DNA of 64,000 nucleotides from Thermococcus sp. JdFR-02 (GCA_002009975.1 MTLP01000009.1:1-64000), one strand, 5' to 3'; positions 51,388 to 63,430 are shown, counted from the stretch's first letter. Notes: generated by a model from the sequence alone, not told the origin. Numbers and translations: made by a program.

Positions 51388-51816
51388 GTGAGGCTTTTTA
51401 AACTTACCCCTGATGAGGAGGAGAAGTTCTTTGAGCACCTTCCCCGTTTTCTCTTTTATTATTTATTCCTTTTTGTGATCTTCTGGGCTGCATTAGCTCG
51501 AAAATCAGCAGAGGAAATTAGGGAAAGAATCCTGAGTGGAGACGTTGCTCCTGACTTTTTGTACTCTACATTAATGGTTCTTTTATTACTTGCAATTACA
51601 GATGCATATCTAATGATAAAAGGGTATACTCGGTGGAATACGCCTGGAGCGGCACTTTTCATGGTTTTTGGACTTTTTATAATGCTCCTCGTGGTAATGT
51701 ATGTGGGAAGAGCTTTCATACTGTTTGTTGTAGCTCTTATTCTGGTTTACGTTAACACACTCATAAAAACAAAGGAAGACATAAAGCATTCATCAAAAGT
51801 AAAGCATCGTGGCTAA
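51388..51816 (+). CDS. Small 4-TM protein, paralog 3
   Basis: FKLTPDEEEKF..LP.FLFYYL; YVNTLIKTKE versus YINTLIRIKE. Confidence 0.75.
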   Translation: MRLFKLTPDEEEKFFEHLPRFLFYYLFLFVIFWAALARKSAEEIRERILSGDVAPDFLYSTLMVLLLLAITDAYLMIKGYTRWNTPGAALFMVFGLFIMLLVVMYVGRAFILFVVALILVYVNTLIKTKEDIKHSSKVKHRG

Positions 51817-51899
51817 AAATGGATCATCATGTGAGTAATTTTTTCTTATTTTTGACCACAAAAGAAAATCATAATAACCTCTTTAACCAATTCTTTTTG

Positions 51900-52568
51900 A
51901 TGCCTATGAAAAGAATAAAGTTCAAAGTCCCACTCAATCAAGAAATGTTTGTCATGTTTAAGGAGTTTCTTGAAGCTATAGAATGGGGTTATGGGGATAC
52001 CTACTTTATACTTGACGATGAAATTATTAAGATAACAGAAGTCAAGTTTAAAGAAGGTGTAAACCCAGAAGAAATTATTGAGAACCTTAGAAAGCTTGCT
52101 CATGTGAAAGAGCTGAGACTGATACCAAAAAACGATCATTACCTGCTCTATGCTAAGATTAATATTAAGAGTATCCCTTATCCAACAGAAGATGTTAAAA
52201 GAATCCTTGAGCTCCAAAAGAAAGGGCTTGTGATATTTGAAAAGGGTACTTTTGATGGGCTTTCAATTGTTCTGTTCGTAACTTGTGAAGACTCCCTCCT
52301 CAGTGAAGTGATTTCTACCCTTAAAGAGGTTTACAAAGGAAGTGTCTTGAGTGTCGAAGAGTATACACCAGAAAATACACCCCTTTCAAAGCTAAGCAAG
52401 AGACAGCGTGAAGTGCTCCTCTTAGCTTACAAGAGCGGCTATTTCGACAATCCCCGCAAAGTAACGCTTAGAGATCTTGCAGATATGCTTGGTTTAAGTG
52501 TCTCAACAGTTAAAGAGCACCTAAGGAAAGCCCAGAGAAAAATTTTAGAGGAAGCTATTGAGGGGTAA
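51900..52568 (+). CDS. Bat/HTH_10-family transcriptional regulator (start uncertain)
   Basis: LSKRQREVLLLAYKSGYFDNPRKVTLRDLA..HLRKAQRK. Confidence 0.9.
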   Translation: MPMKRIKFKVPLNQEMFVMFKEFLEAIEWGYGDTYFILDDEIIKITEVKFKEGVNPEEIIENLRKLAHVKELRLIPKNDHYLLYAKINIKSIPYPTEDVKRILELQKKGLVIFEKGTFDGLSIVLFVTCEDSLLSEVISTLKEVYKGSVLSVEEYTPENTPLSKLSKRQREVLLLAYKSGYFDNPRKVTLRDLADMLGLSVSTVKEHLRKAQRKILEEAIEG

Positions 52569-52569
52569 C

Positions 52570-52583
52570 CCGCACATATGCGG
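52570..52583. promoter_or_regulatory. Palindrome upstream of the ABC exporter promoter
   Basis: CCGCA-CATA-TGCGG, a few bp upstream of TAAAAATA. Confidence 0.5.
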
Positions 52584-52629
52584 CACCATCTAAAAATACT
52601 TTTCTATCTGAGTTTAATTAGGTGAAAGT

Positions 52630-53481
52630 ATGAATGTGATTGAGGTTAAAAATGTCAAAAAGTATTATGGCGATGTTAGAGGTGTTGAAAACCTAAGCTT
52701 TGAAGTTGAGGAAGGAGAAATTTACGGCTTCTTGGGTCCTAATGGTGCTGGAAAAACTACAACGGTCAAAATTTTGGTGAAGATTATCAAAGACTACAGT
52801 GGTGATGTTAAGGTTTTTGGAAAGAACTTAAGAGAATGGGGCAAAGAATATTATCAGAAAATTGGAGTTTCTTTTGAGTTTCCTGCAGTATATTCAAAGC
52901 TCACTGCACTAGAAAACCTCAAGTTCTTTGCCTCCTTTTATAAGAAGCATCTTGATCCTGTGGATGTCCTTAAGATGGTAGGTCTCGATAAGGAAGCAGA
53001 TCAACTTGTTTCAGGTTTTTCAAAGGGTATGAAGAAAAAACTAGACCTTGCGAGGGCTTTTCTCCCAGATCCAGAAATTCTCTTCCTAGATGAGCCTTTG
53101 GAAGGGCTTGATCCAGAGAGTGCAAGAAAAATTAAAGATCTGCTCCTTGAGATGCGCGAAAATGGAAAGACGATCTTTTTGACCACTCACAACATGTATG
53201 TAGCAGATGAGCTCTGTGATAGAGTAGGGTTCATAGTAGAAGGTGCGATTAGACTCGTTGATAATCCAAAGGAGCTCAAGGTTAAGATGGGCAAGAGAGT
53301 AGTTAAGGTTGAATACATTGCTAATGGTGATGTTGATATAAAAGAGTTCCCACTTGAAGGACTTGGGAGAAATGAGGAATTTCTCAACATTATTAGGAAC
53401 TATAAGATCAGAAGAATAAACACAGAGGAGCCAACCTTAGAGGAGGTATTCTTAAAGGTTACAGGGAGGAGGCTCGTGTGA
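52630..53481 (+). CDS. ABC exporter ATP-binding subunit
   Basis: GPNGAGKTT, FSKGM, LDEP, TTH. Confidence 0.93.
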   Translation: MNVIEVKNVKKYYGDVRGVENLSFEVEEGEIYGFLGPNGAGKTTTVKILVKIIKDYSGDVKVFGKNLREWGKEYYQKIGVSFEFPAVYSKLTALENLKFFASFYKKHLDPVDVLKMVGLDKEADQLVSGFSKGMKKKLDLARAFLPDPEILFLDEPLEGLDPESARKIKDLLLEMRENGKTIFLTTHNMYVADELCDRVGFIVEGAIRLVDNPKELKVKMGKRVVKVEYIANGDVDIKEFPLEGLGRNEEFLNIIRNYKIRRINTEEPTLEEVFLKVTGRRLV

Positions 53482-54179
53482 TAGGGCAGTTAACTAAGAT
53501 CGATCTTAAAGTCGGAACTAGGGGCTATGTTTATCCTATTTATCTTTTAGTTGCCTTAGCGTATGGACTTATGGTAAAAGCTTTCCCTCCAGAATATTAT
53601 TCTTCCATGGTTCCTCTCTTTATATTCTTTGAACCAGGTCTTGTGGGCTTTATGTTTGTGGGGACTTCAATATTTACAGAGAAAAAGGATGGAACTATTG
53701 GGGCGCTCGCAGTAACCCCGATTGAGTGGAGGAGCTATATCTTTGCCAAAACGCTTTTGATGTCCATGGTATCTCTAATAGCGGCCACTATTATAATGCT
53801 AATCGGGACAGGTTCGCTTAAAGGACTTTCCTATGTACTTGTAGGAGTTTTTTTGGTTTCCGTAGTTTATACCCTCTTAGGTATAGCAATCTCAGCTAAG
53901 TATCATGACTTGGATGATTATTTTGTCCCTTTGCTGGGAGTCATGGTTATTTCACTACTTCCCTATGCTCACTACCACGGCTACCTCACCAGCGAGACCT
54001 GGAAAGTGCTTTATGTTGTTCCAAGTTATCCCGGGCTTTACTTCTTCAAGGCTCCATTTGTGGAAATTTCAAGGGAAACTCTGATGCGTTCAGGAGCAGG
54101 TCTAGTAATCTGGAGCGGCATAGCATACTACCTCGCTAAAATTCGGTTTTACAAATACGCTGTGGAGGGATTGAGATGA
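53478..54179 (+). CDS. ABC-2 type exporter permease (resembles fluoroquinolone-export family)
   Basis: About 6 TM; EKKDGTIGALAVTP. Confidence 0.85.
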   Translation: MIGQLTKIDLKVGTRGYVYPIYLLVALAYGLMVKAFPPEYYSSMVPLFIFFEPGLVGFMFVGTSIFTEKKDGTIGALAVTPIEWRSYIFAKTLLMSMVSLIAATIIMLIGTGSLKGLSYVLVGVFLVSVVYTLLGIAISAKYHDLDDYFVPLLGVMVISLLPYAHYHGYLTSETWKVLYVVPSYPGLYFFKAPFVEISRETLMRSGAGLVIWSGIAYYLAKIRFYKYAVEGLR

Positions 54180-54880
54180 GCTTTGTGAGAAAGTTTTTGG
54201 CTATTTATAAAACTGATCTTAAGTTATTGAGGAGAGATCCAATGCTCCTTTATAGTGTATCAATGACCATCATTCTTCTCCTTATTGTCCGTTATTTCAA
54301 GGAAAGAATGGGAATTCTTTATCCCATGGTTGCTCTCTTAATGTTGATCTTCATTCCCATGATATTTGGCATGATCCCTGGTTTCATGATGGCTGACGAG
54401 AAGGAAAACAAGACAATACAAGCTTTGCAAGTGGTTCCAATTTCAAGTGAGGCTTTTTTGATCTACCGGTTAACTTGGGCTTCTCTAGTGATGGCAATTC
54501 TTGTCATGATTTCTCCAAAAATACTGAATATAGAAATTCCTCAGAAAGGTCTTTTAATCCTAATAGCACTTTTCCTCCTTGAGGTGTGGATTTATGGTCT
54601 TATCATCACGGTCTTTTCAGAATCGAGAATGCAAGCCATAACAGTCTCTAAGGTTATTGGCTGGCTTCTTCTCCTTCCCCCGGTCGTTAAGCTTGTAGTC
54701 CTCTGGAGACATCTCTCGACAGATTGGAGCAAGTTCACCGCATTTTTACCGACATACTGGGCATACAAGATTTTTGAAGGGATTCCCTTCAATGATTACA
54801 GCGACTTTCCAACAGCACTTGTTGTTCATGTGGCGTGGCTCTTTCTGCTGGTTTTATTGTTTAAGAGGAAGGTTCTCTGA
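54176..54880 (+). CDS. ABC-2 type exporter permease
   Basis: About 6 TM; DEKENKTIQALQVVP, LPTYW. Confidence 0.85.
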   Translation: MSFVRKFLAIYKTDLKLLRRDPMLLYSVSMTIILLLIVRYFKERMGILYPMVALLMLIFIPMIFGMIPGFMMADEKENKTIQALQVVPISSEAFLIYRLTWASLVMAILVMISPKILNIEIPQKGLLILIALFLLEVWIYGLIITVFSESRMQAITVSKVIGWLLLLPPVVKLVVLWRHLSTDWSKFTAFLPTYWAYKIFEGIPFNDYSDFPTALVVHVAWLFLLVLLFKRKVL

Positions 54881-54941
54881 CCTTTTCTCTTTTTACCAAA
54901 AGCTTAAACTATGATAAGGTCTATTTTACCATGGTGAGAGT

Positions 54942-55988
54942 ATGCGTGAAGCAATGTATTGGGAGTCGTTAGAAGATAATAGAGTGAGATGTCACTTATG
55001 TCCACTGAATTGCATAATTAATGAAGGAAATAGAGGTTCTTGCAAAGTTAGAAAAAATATTAGGGGAAAGCTTTACACGCTCAATTATGGAAAAATATCT
55101 TCTATGGCTTTAGACCCTATTGAAAAAAAGCCCCTGTTCCACTTTTATCCCGGCTCTTGTGCCTTTTCAATTGGAACAGTTGGATGTAATATGCACTGCA
55201 AGCATTGTCAAAACTGGGAGATAAGCCAAGCTGATGAGAGATTTCCTTATTTGCAAAACGCGACTCCAGAGTCTATCGTGAATTTAGCTAGACATTATGA
55301 GTGTGAGAGCATAGCTTATACGTACAATGAACCGATAATCTGGTATGAGTTCGTGTTAGATACTGCAAAATTGGCTAAGAAAATAGGATTAAAGAACATT
55401 CTTGTAACAAACGGTTATATAAATGAAGAACCTTTTAGAGAGTTAGCTCCTTACATAGATGCCATGAATATTGACATAAAAGCTTTCGATGACAAGTTTT
55501 ACATGAAAATAGCCAGTGTTCCAAGTGGAGAAGCGAGTAGAAAAATAGCGGAGATAGCTAAAAATGAGTTTGGAATTCATGTTGAGCTGACCTATTTAAT
55601 AATTCCAACGCTTAACGACAAGGAAGAGGAACTTAGGGCATTTGCAAAATGGGTTGTTGAAAAAGTTGGTGACGATACACCGGTACATTTCTCAAGGTTC
55701 TTCCCTCATTACAAAATGCTGAACTTGCCCCCTACTCCGGTAGAGACGATCGAAAAAGCGTACAAGATAGCAAAGGAAGAAGGATTAAAGTTTGTTTATA
55801 TAGGTAATGTGCCGGGGCATCATGGAGAAAACACCTATTGCCCAAAATGTGGAAAACCTTTAATAGTGAGATGGGGCTTTACAATTGAAGAGTACAATAT
55901 TAGAGAAGGAAAGTGCAAGTACTGTGGTACGGAAATTCCAATAATAGGTGAATATAAGGCGAAGCACTATAAAGGTATGTGGTGGTAA
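54942..55988 (+). CDS. amrS: AmmeMemoRadiSam system radical SAM enzyme
   Basis: CHLCPLNC, DPIEKKPLFHF, CNMHCKHCQNWEISQ, YTYNEP. Confidence 0.92.
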   Translation: MREAMYWESLEDNRVRCHLCPLNCIINEGNRGSCKVRKNIRGKLYTLNYGKISSMALDPIEKKPLFHFYPGSCAFSIGTVGCNMHCKHCQNWEISQADERFPYLQNATPESIVNLARHYECESIAYTYNEPIIWYEFVLDTAKLAKKIGLKNILVTNGYINEEPFRELAPYIDAMNIDIKAFDDKFYMKIASVPSGEASRKIAEIAKNEFGIHVELTYLIIPTLNDKEEELRAFAKWVVEKVGDDTPVHFSRFFPHYKMLNLPPTPVETIEKAYKIAKEEGLKFVYIGNVPGHHGENTYCPKCGKPLIVRWGFTIEEYNIREGKCKYCGTEIPIIGEYKAKHYKGMWW

Positions 55989-56791
55989 AATTGAATACAA
56001 TAAAGGTTGTTTTTTATATCGAAGGCTTGGGGAACGACAAGAAAGCTCTTGAAAATGCTCTAGAAAAGACAGCTGAGGAACTTAAAAAAGAAAGTGTTGT
56101 AAAGGTTGAGAAGGTTATAGTTGAGGATATCATAGAGAATGAAGAGGAAGAATTGAAATATTCTGGAATGATTGAAGCCGAGTTAGAAGGTTCTTTAGAA
56201 GGCATTATTAAGGCTGTTTTAAAATATGCTCCAGCTATCGTTGAAGTTCGAGGACCAGGTAAGCTCGAGATTGATTCTAAAACCCTAATGAAGATCCTAG
56301 GCGAAGTTTCATTAGTTATGGGGAAGCTTATGGATAGATTTGGGGGATTAGCTGCATATCCGCCATTAGACAAGCTCCCTCTCCCCAAGGTTGGGTATAG
56401 TGAAGAGAAACTTGAGAGCTTTATCCTAGATGATAGAAATATACGTTATCAATTTGTTATTGAGACTTTTGGAGAAGACGAAGAAACAATAAAGGAGACA
56501 ATGCTTAAAGCTCTCTTCCTAGAAGGATGTAAGATAAACAAATTTGTGGTCAAAGGGGAGCATAAAGATGATAGGTATTATGCATTGGTTGCTACAGAAT
56601 TGATATCTCCCTTTGAGACTATGTTCCAGCTGAATGCCAAATATGCTCCGGTAGCTCTTGCCATAATAGAGCCAGAGATAATTGATATAACTGCAACAGA
56701 ACTTCAAAATGCCTTAACAGATCTAGCAGGTTTTGTCTATGAACTCATTCATAGACCTTTGAGGAAAAAATTTGCCGAAAAAGGTACTTAA
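55979..56791 (+). CDS. Conserved hypothetical protein with internal duplication
   Basis: KYAPAIVEV and KYAPVALAI repeats. Confidence 0.7.
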   Translation: MVVKLNTIKVVFYIEGLGNDKKALENALEKTAEELKKESVVKVEKVIVEDIIENEEEELKYSGMIEAELEGSLEGIIKAVLKYAPAIVEVRGPGKLEIDSKTLMKILGEVSLVMGKLMDRFGGLAAYPPLDKLPLPKVGYSEEKLESFILDDRNIRYQFVIETFGEDEETIKETMLKALFLEGCKINKFVVKGEHKDDRYYALVATELISPFETMFQLNAKYAPVALAIIEPEIIDITATELQNALTDLAGFVYELIHRPLRKKFAEKGT

Positions 56792-57052
56792 GTGATAATT
56801 ATCAGACATAGACCCACTTTGATCAATTATTGGCTCTGAGAAAAGCTAAAAGATATTATCGGCAAAAGGCGAATTTGATGTAGGCATTTAGTTAAGCTTC
56901 TTTTAATTTTTACGGCAATTAGCGACCTTTATCAATCGTTAGAAAGGGTCTGAAAGCGAAAGGTATATAAACCTTAAGCTAATACTTAGCTATTGACAAA
57001 CCTTTAGAAAACACTATTAGGGCGTATGCCCAAAACTTGGAGGTGTAAGAAA

Positions 57053-58795
57053 ATGAAGGTAAGAAAGATCGCGGCACTTGGTATCGGTGCCGCAATGGTT
57101 GGAGCAACATTGGGCATTGCCAACGCTCAAGCAAGCCTTCCACCAAAGGAATTCTTCGTTAAAGATGGTGCACCAAATGTTAAGATTGTTGTAGGTGCAA
57201 ACGCTCCATCAACTATGGACGTTGCAAGTGCATCAGATGTAGCAGTCGCATTGGGAAGCTTACTTTACACTGCAGAGGAAGTTGAGGCAAGCGGTGTAAG
57301 TGTTATTGTTAAGAAAGATGCAACTTACTACCCAGGTGACATCCCAGTTTACAGCAACTTCTATGAGGACACCGGCGTTGATCCAAATGCAACCAACGAA
57401 GCATTAGATGATTTAGCAGATGATGCCTTCTGGTGGAACGGAAGCGCATACAATGGAAGCTATGACACATGGGCAGCCGTAACACCCAAATTCGTCGAAG
57501 AAGTTGACAACATGGATGAAATAAAGGGCGACAAGCAAATCGACTGGGACTTACAAATTGAGAACCTTGAGCTTATAGATGCAGAGCAAGATGTAATTGA
57601 GTACCCACCAAAGACTGCAGACTTAAAGATCCCAGCTGGCAACTTCACAATCTTGCTAAACTATGTAATAACCAAGTGGGAGAAGACCACGACTGAAGAT
57701 GACTCTGTATGGGGAAGCTTAAAGCAAACAGAAACAACAGACACAGTTATTGATGACGACAACCCAGGAGGATACACTGCAGTAGAGACCGTTTATGATG
57801 GAATTAGTGCAGAGGACACATTCACAGTATTGGGAACCTCCTACTATGTATTAGAGGTCTTAAGTGACGGTCTTAAGTACGGTACAGACCACGGAGTACA
57901 ATGGTTCCACGTTGGAGATGTCAAGGAGTTTGATGGCTACAAGATAAAGACCGTTGATATAAGCATCAGCCCAGCCAACAAGGTATTGCTTGAAATAACT
58001 GCTCCAGATGGAAGAAGCGACTTAGTAATTATTGAGAAGACAGACCCACCATCAGCAGTTGATGTTAGCACCAAGTCAGACAAATTCGAAGAAGGAGAGT
58101 TAATCATCCAACTCGACGACACATTCGTCGGTATCGATGGTAACTTAATCGCCCAATTAGAGGTTAAGACAAACGTCGTAGAAGTTCACAGCGGAGACGA
58201 ACTCCTCTCAGGATGGTTAGTCAACTTTGAAAGTGGCGACGATGGCAAAATCGAGTGGATAACCTTGAGCAACAAGGACGACCTCGAAGGAAGCACCTTG
58301 GACATCTTAGGTAAGTACAAGATGTACTACAAGTCAGAGATTGTAGCTGAAGACGTTGACGATGACGACGTTAAGGAATACGCAGTTAAGTCATACATTG
58401 TCGTTGAACCAACAGAGAAAGTTTACGACACAAAGGAGCTCAAAGTTGGCGATGAGTTAGAAGGATGGACAATCGACAAGATCACTGCAGGTACATACAC
58501 CGAGATAACAGTCATGCCACCAACAGAGCCAATCACATACCTTGACACCGAGATTGACGTTAACGCTGTTGACAGCAACTTGATCTTAATCGGTGGACCA
58601 GTTGCAAACGCAATCACCAAGTACTTAGTTGACCAAGGATTGAGCACAGTTGACTGGGAAGCAAGCGAAGGTGACTTAGAATACATCGAAGGCGCATTTG
58701 GCGAATACGGCGCATTGATTGTTGCAGGTAAGGACAGATACGCAACAAGAGAAGCTGCCAAAGAGTTAATGGCATACTTGAAGGACCTTGCTTGA
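57053..58795 (+). CDS. S-layer protein
   Basis: MKVRKIAAL signal, IVVGANA, NLILIGGPVAN, VAGKDRYATR; strongly biased codon use. Confidence 0.93.
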   Translation: MKVRKIAALGIGAAMVGATLGIANAQASLPPKEFFVKDGAPNVKIVVGANAPSTMDVASASDVAVALGSLLYTAEEVEASGVSVIVKKDATYYPGDIPVYSNFYEDTGVDPNATNEALDDLADDAFWWNGSAYNGSYDTWAAVTPKFVEEVDNMDEIKGDKQIDWDLQIENLELIDAEQDVIEYPPKTADLKIPAGNFTILLNYVITKWEKTTTEDDSVWGSLKQTETTDTVIDDDNPGGYTAVETVYDGISAEDTFTVLGTSYYVLEVLSDGLKYGTDHGVQWFHVGDVKEFDGYKIKTVDISISPANKVLLEITAPDGRSDLVIIEKTDPPSAVDVSTKSDKFEEGELIIQLDDTFVGIDGNLIAQLEVKTNVVEVHSGDELLSGWLVNFESGDDGKIEWITLSNKDDLEGSTLDILGKYKMYYKSEIVAEDVDDDDVKEYAVKSYIVVEPTEKVYDTKELKVGDELEGWTIDKITAGTYTEITVMPPTEPITYLDTEIDVNAVDSNLILIGGPVANAITKYLVDQGLSTVDWEASEGDLEYIEGAFGEYGALIVAGKDRYATREAAKELMAYLKDLA

Positions 58796-58862
58796 TTTCT
58801 TTCCCTTCCTTTTTGTTTCAATAAGACTTCAGAAGAATTGAAAGTTTCTGGAGGTTTTTACA

Positions 58863-59528
58863 TTGAATAAGCGTGTTCTTGTAGTTTTCTTACTTATGCT
58901 ATTTATTGTGGCTCCATTAGGGGTGGCATTCTACGGTTATAATAACTTTTCAAAGGCAATAACTCCTCAGAGGGATCCAATCACAACAAAGATAGTTGGG
59001 GTTCCCTTTAGAGGAAAAACCTACCAAGTGATCTTGGAGAGTTATATTACTGGTGATCCAACTCTTGATATAAACATCACACTACGAAAACCATATAAAA
59101 GAGCCACCATAATTGTTGGAGATATAAGCTTCAAAGAGTGTAAAGGAAGCGAAGCATGTGTTTGGAGAATAAGAACAGTTGCAGAACTTGGAGCGACGGT
59201 TGGTGCTGTTTTTGGAGTAAAGTATTATGTTGAGGATGTAATTAAAAGCGGAACAAATGAAACAGCTGCATATAAAGCTGCTGAAGAAACAAGTAAAAGA
59301 ATTGAGTCGAGATATTTAGCATTTGTTCCAAAGGTTACCATAGGACTTGGTTTAGTTGGCAATAAGGATCATCTCTTGATAATATTGAAAGGACCAAGAG
59401 AAGGAGCACAAAAGGACAGAATTTATTGTCCAAAAGAAGGTGTGCTTGTAATTGAGGCAACAAGTGAAGATACTCTATTTGTTGAGGTTCTCTTAGTGAA
59501 AACGATTATTGCATCTCAAGCGAAATAA
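58863..59528 (+). CDS. Hypothetical membrane-anchored protein
   Basis: N-terminal TM; GGAGG RBS before TTG. Confidence 0.65.
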   Translation: MNKRVLVVFLLMLFIVAPLGVAFYGYNNFSKAITPQRDPITTKIVGVPFRGKTYQVILESYITGDPTLDINITLRKPYKRATIIVGDISFKECKGSEACVWRIRTVAELGATVGAVFGVKYYVEDVIKSGTNETAAYKAAEETSKRIESRYLAFVPKVTIGLGLVGNKDHLLIILKGPREGAQKDRIYCPKEGVLVIEATSEDTLFVEVLLVKTIIASQAK

Positions 59529-61266
59529 TGTCTTTTAAAATTTCCCTTTCTTTCGCTTCAAATAACTTGAGAAACTCTTCTTTGTTCTTGAAAGGTCTTT
59601 TTGCCAAAATTCTAACCACTCTTTTTTTACCAACTCCCGGTAAATAGCTGAGAACCTTTGAGCTTTCTTTGTTAATGTTTACTGGGATGGGAATTCCTGT
59701 TATGCTCCTAAATCCATGACCAACTATCAAGACGTCGTAAAAGCGGTTTAACTCAATTTGCTTTGGAATTCCAACTATTAATGGGTAGCTCCCAATCTGC
59801 CTTCCATAAGTTAATCCATTATCATAAACCTCTGCTCTTACATCTCTTAGAATCGTCCCTACAGGAACTAAGCGCTTTAGCATTGGATAATCAATTTCAT
59901 GTCTTATCTTATACTTGTAGTGGGCTATGAATTTTTTATGCTTCTCAGTTTTTACCTTGTCCATTATATGCCATAAAGGCGTTCCTGGAAAGACCACAAC
60001 TTGCCTAATGTTAATTCTCCTAACTAAAAGACCATCGTCAAGGATCTTCTTTAAAAATTGGAATGTTATTTCAAAGCTTTCTTTAGTTTCTCCAGGTAGT
60101 CCGAAGATAACATTTATGCCTGGAAGGAGCCATGGCATTCCGTTATATCCTCTTTTGGCTCCAACATCGTTTAAAATCTTTACAGCTTTGTAAACTTCAT
60201 CAGGAGTTGCATTCAAGTTGTTTTTTCTAATAACCTTGGGATCAGCACTCTCCATTCCAAAAGCAACTATGTTTCCTGGAGTTCCATACTTTACGAGTGC
60301 TTTTGCTATCCTTATGCTTTCCTCTGGATAGTTAGCAATAACCGCTGGATTTGCATTGTCAACATGGAGTGTTTTAAGATTTGGAGCAACTTCTCTAATT
60401 CCTCTAAAAAGCTTTTCTAAAGCTTCTGCATTTGGAATGGGCACTCTTTCGTTGGGTTTTGCCATATAAGAGAAGATGCAACTTTGCCTCCCAATTCTAA
60501 AATGCTTAACTCCCAATTCATAGAGCAGTTTAACTTCAGCAATAATGTCCTTAATAGGCCTGTCCTCAACTTTTTTATATCTAACAGGCTCTGTACAGAA
60601 GCTGCAACCTCCAATACCCATAGCTTTGGGGCAACCTCTTTGAGTTTCAATTTCAACAATAACAAAATCAGGATAATCTGGGAATTGTTTAACTACTTCA
60701 GCTCCAAGCAAAGCATAATCTCTAAGCTCTTCATAGTTTCTGAATCTAAAGGGGTTAACTTCTTTCTTAGCCAGGAAGTCATAGAGAAATGCTTCTAAAT
60801 CACCATAAGCAATGTAGTCAAAAATTTGTTCGGCTAATTTTAACTCTTTAGAACTTATGACCTCTCCCCCTCCGTGAGCAGAGCCCATAAAAGCTGGTCC
60901 ACCAAGAATCTTAATTCCTTTAGCATTTTTGATAAATTTGGCAACTTCTTCAACTTGAGAGGGGACTGCTGAGAGATACTTTCCAGGAGTATGCAAACCA
61001 CCGATGTAAATTATTAAATCAGATTTTTCTAAAATTCTTTTAGCTTTTGAAACATTAGGGGTCTTATTTTTAGTTTTTATTCCTCTCTCACCTTCAAAGA
61101 CAAACCTTAAGTCGTCTATTGTAAGGTAGAAAATGCTGGCATCTTTTTTCGCTTTTTTAATAGCTCCATAAGCGTATCTAGGGTAAATACCCAGATAAGG
61201 AGGAACTCCCAAGCCAGCAGGCTCATCAGTGTAACCATCTATAATTGCCACTATCATTTTTCTCAC
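59506..61266 (-). CDS. Radical SAM protein with C-terminal TRAM-like and HhH regions (COG1031-like)
   Basis: IDGYTDEPAGLGVPPY, RGC......GCSFC, LPGVGKK. Confidence 0.85.
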   Translation of the reverse strand: MRKMIVAIIDGYTDEPAGLGVPPYLGIYPRYAYGAIKKAKKDASIFYLTIDDLRFVFEGERGIKTKNKTPNVSKAKRILEKSDLIIYIGGLHTPGKYLSAVPSQVEEVAKFIKNAKGIKILGGPAFMGSAHGGGEVISSKELKLAEQIFDYIAYGDLEAFLYDFLAKKEVNPFRFRNYEELRDYALLGAEVVKQFPDYPDFVIVEIETQRGCPKAMGIGGCSFCTEPVRYKKVEDRPIKDIIAEVKLLYELGVKHFRIGRQSCIFSYMAKPNERVPIPNAEALEKLFRGIREVAPNLKTLHVDNANPAVIANYPEESIRIAKALVKYGTPGNIVAFGMESADPKVIRKNNLNATPDEVYKAVKILNDVGAKRGYNGMPWLLPGINVIFGLPGETKESFEITFQFLKKILDDGLLVRRINIRQVVVFPGTPLWHIMDKVKTEKHKKFIAHYKYKIRHEIDYPMLKRLVPVGTILRDVRAEVYDNGLTYGRQIGSYPLIVGIPKQIELNRFYDVLIVGHGFRSITGIPIPVNINKESSKVLSYLPGVGKKRVVRILAKRPFKNKEEFLKLFEAKEREILKDIISLEMQ

Positions 61267-61339
61267 ATTTATGTGAATATAGATGCTTTAAAAATTCGAC
61301 GCAAATAATATTAACTGTTTATCATAATAAAAAGTTTGA

Positions 61340-63319
<1,980 letters not shown>

Positions 63320-63430
63320 CCTTACTCCCCCAAAAATAATACTCTCTCCCGCTTTTTATACTTTTGTGCTATTGCAGAAAGAAAACTACATGAGTTGTTA
63401 ATGAGATTAAAATTAAAAATAAAGAAAAAA

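Noticed and set aside
56792-56840. TGATAATTATCA palindrome and loose C/D-like boxes upstream of the S-layer gene
   Set aside because: AT-rich and short, the boxes are non-canonical, and no target is evident.
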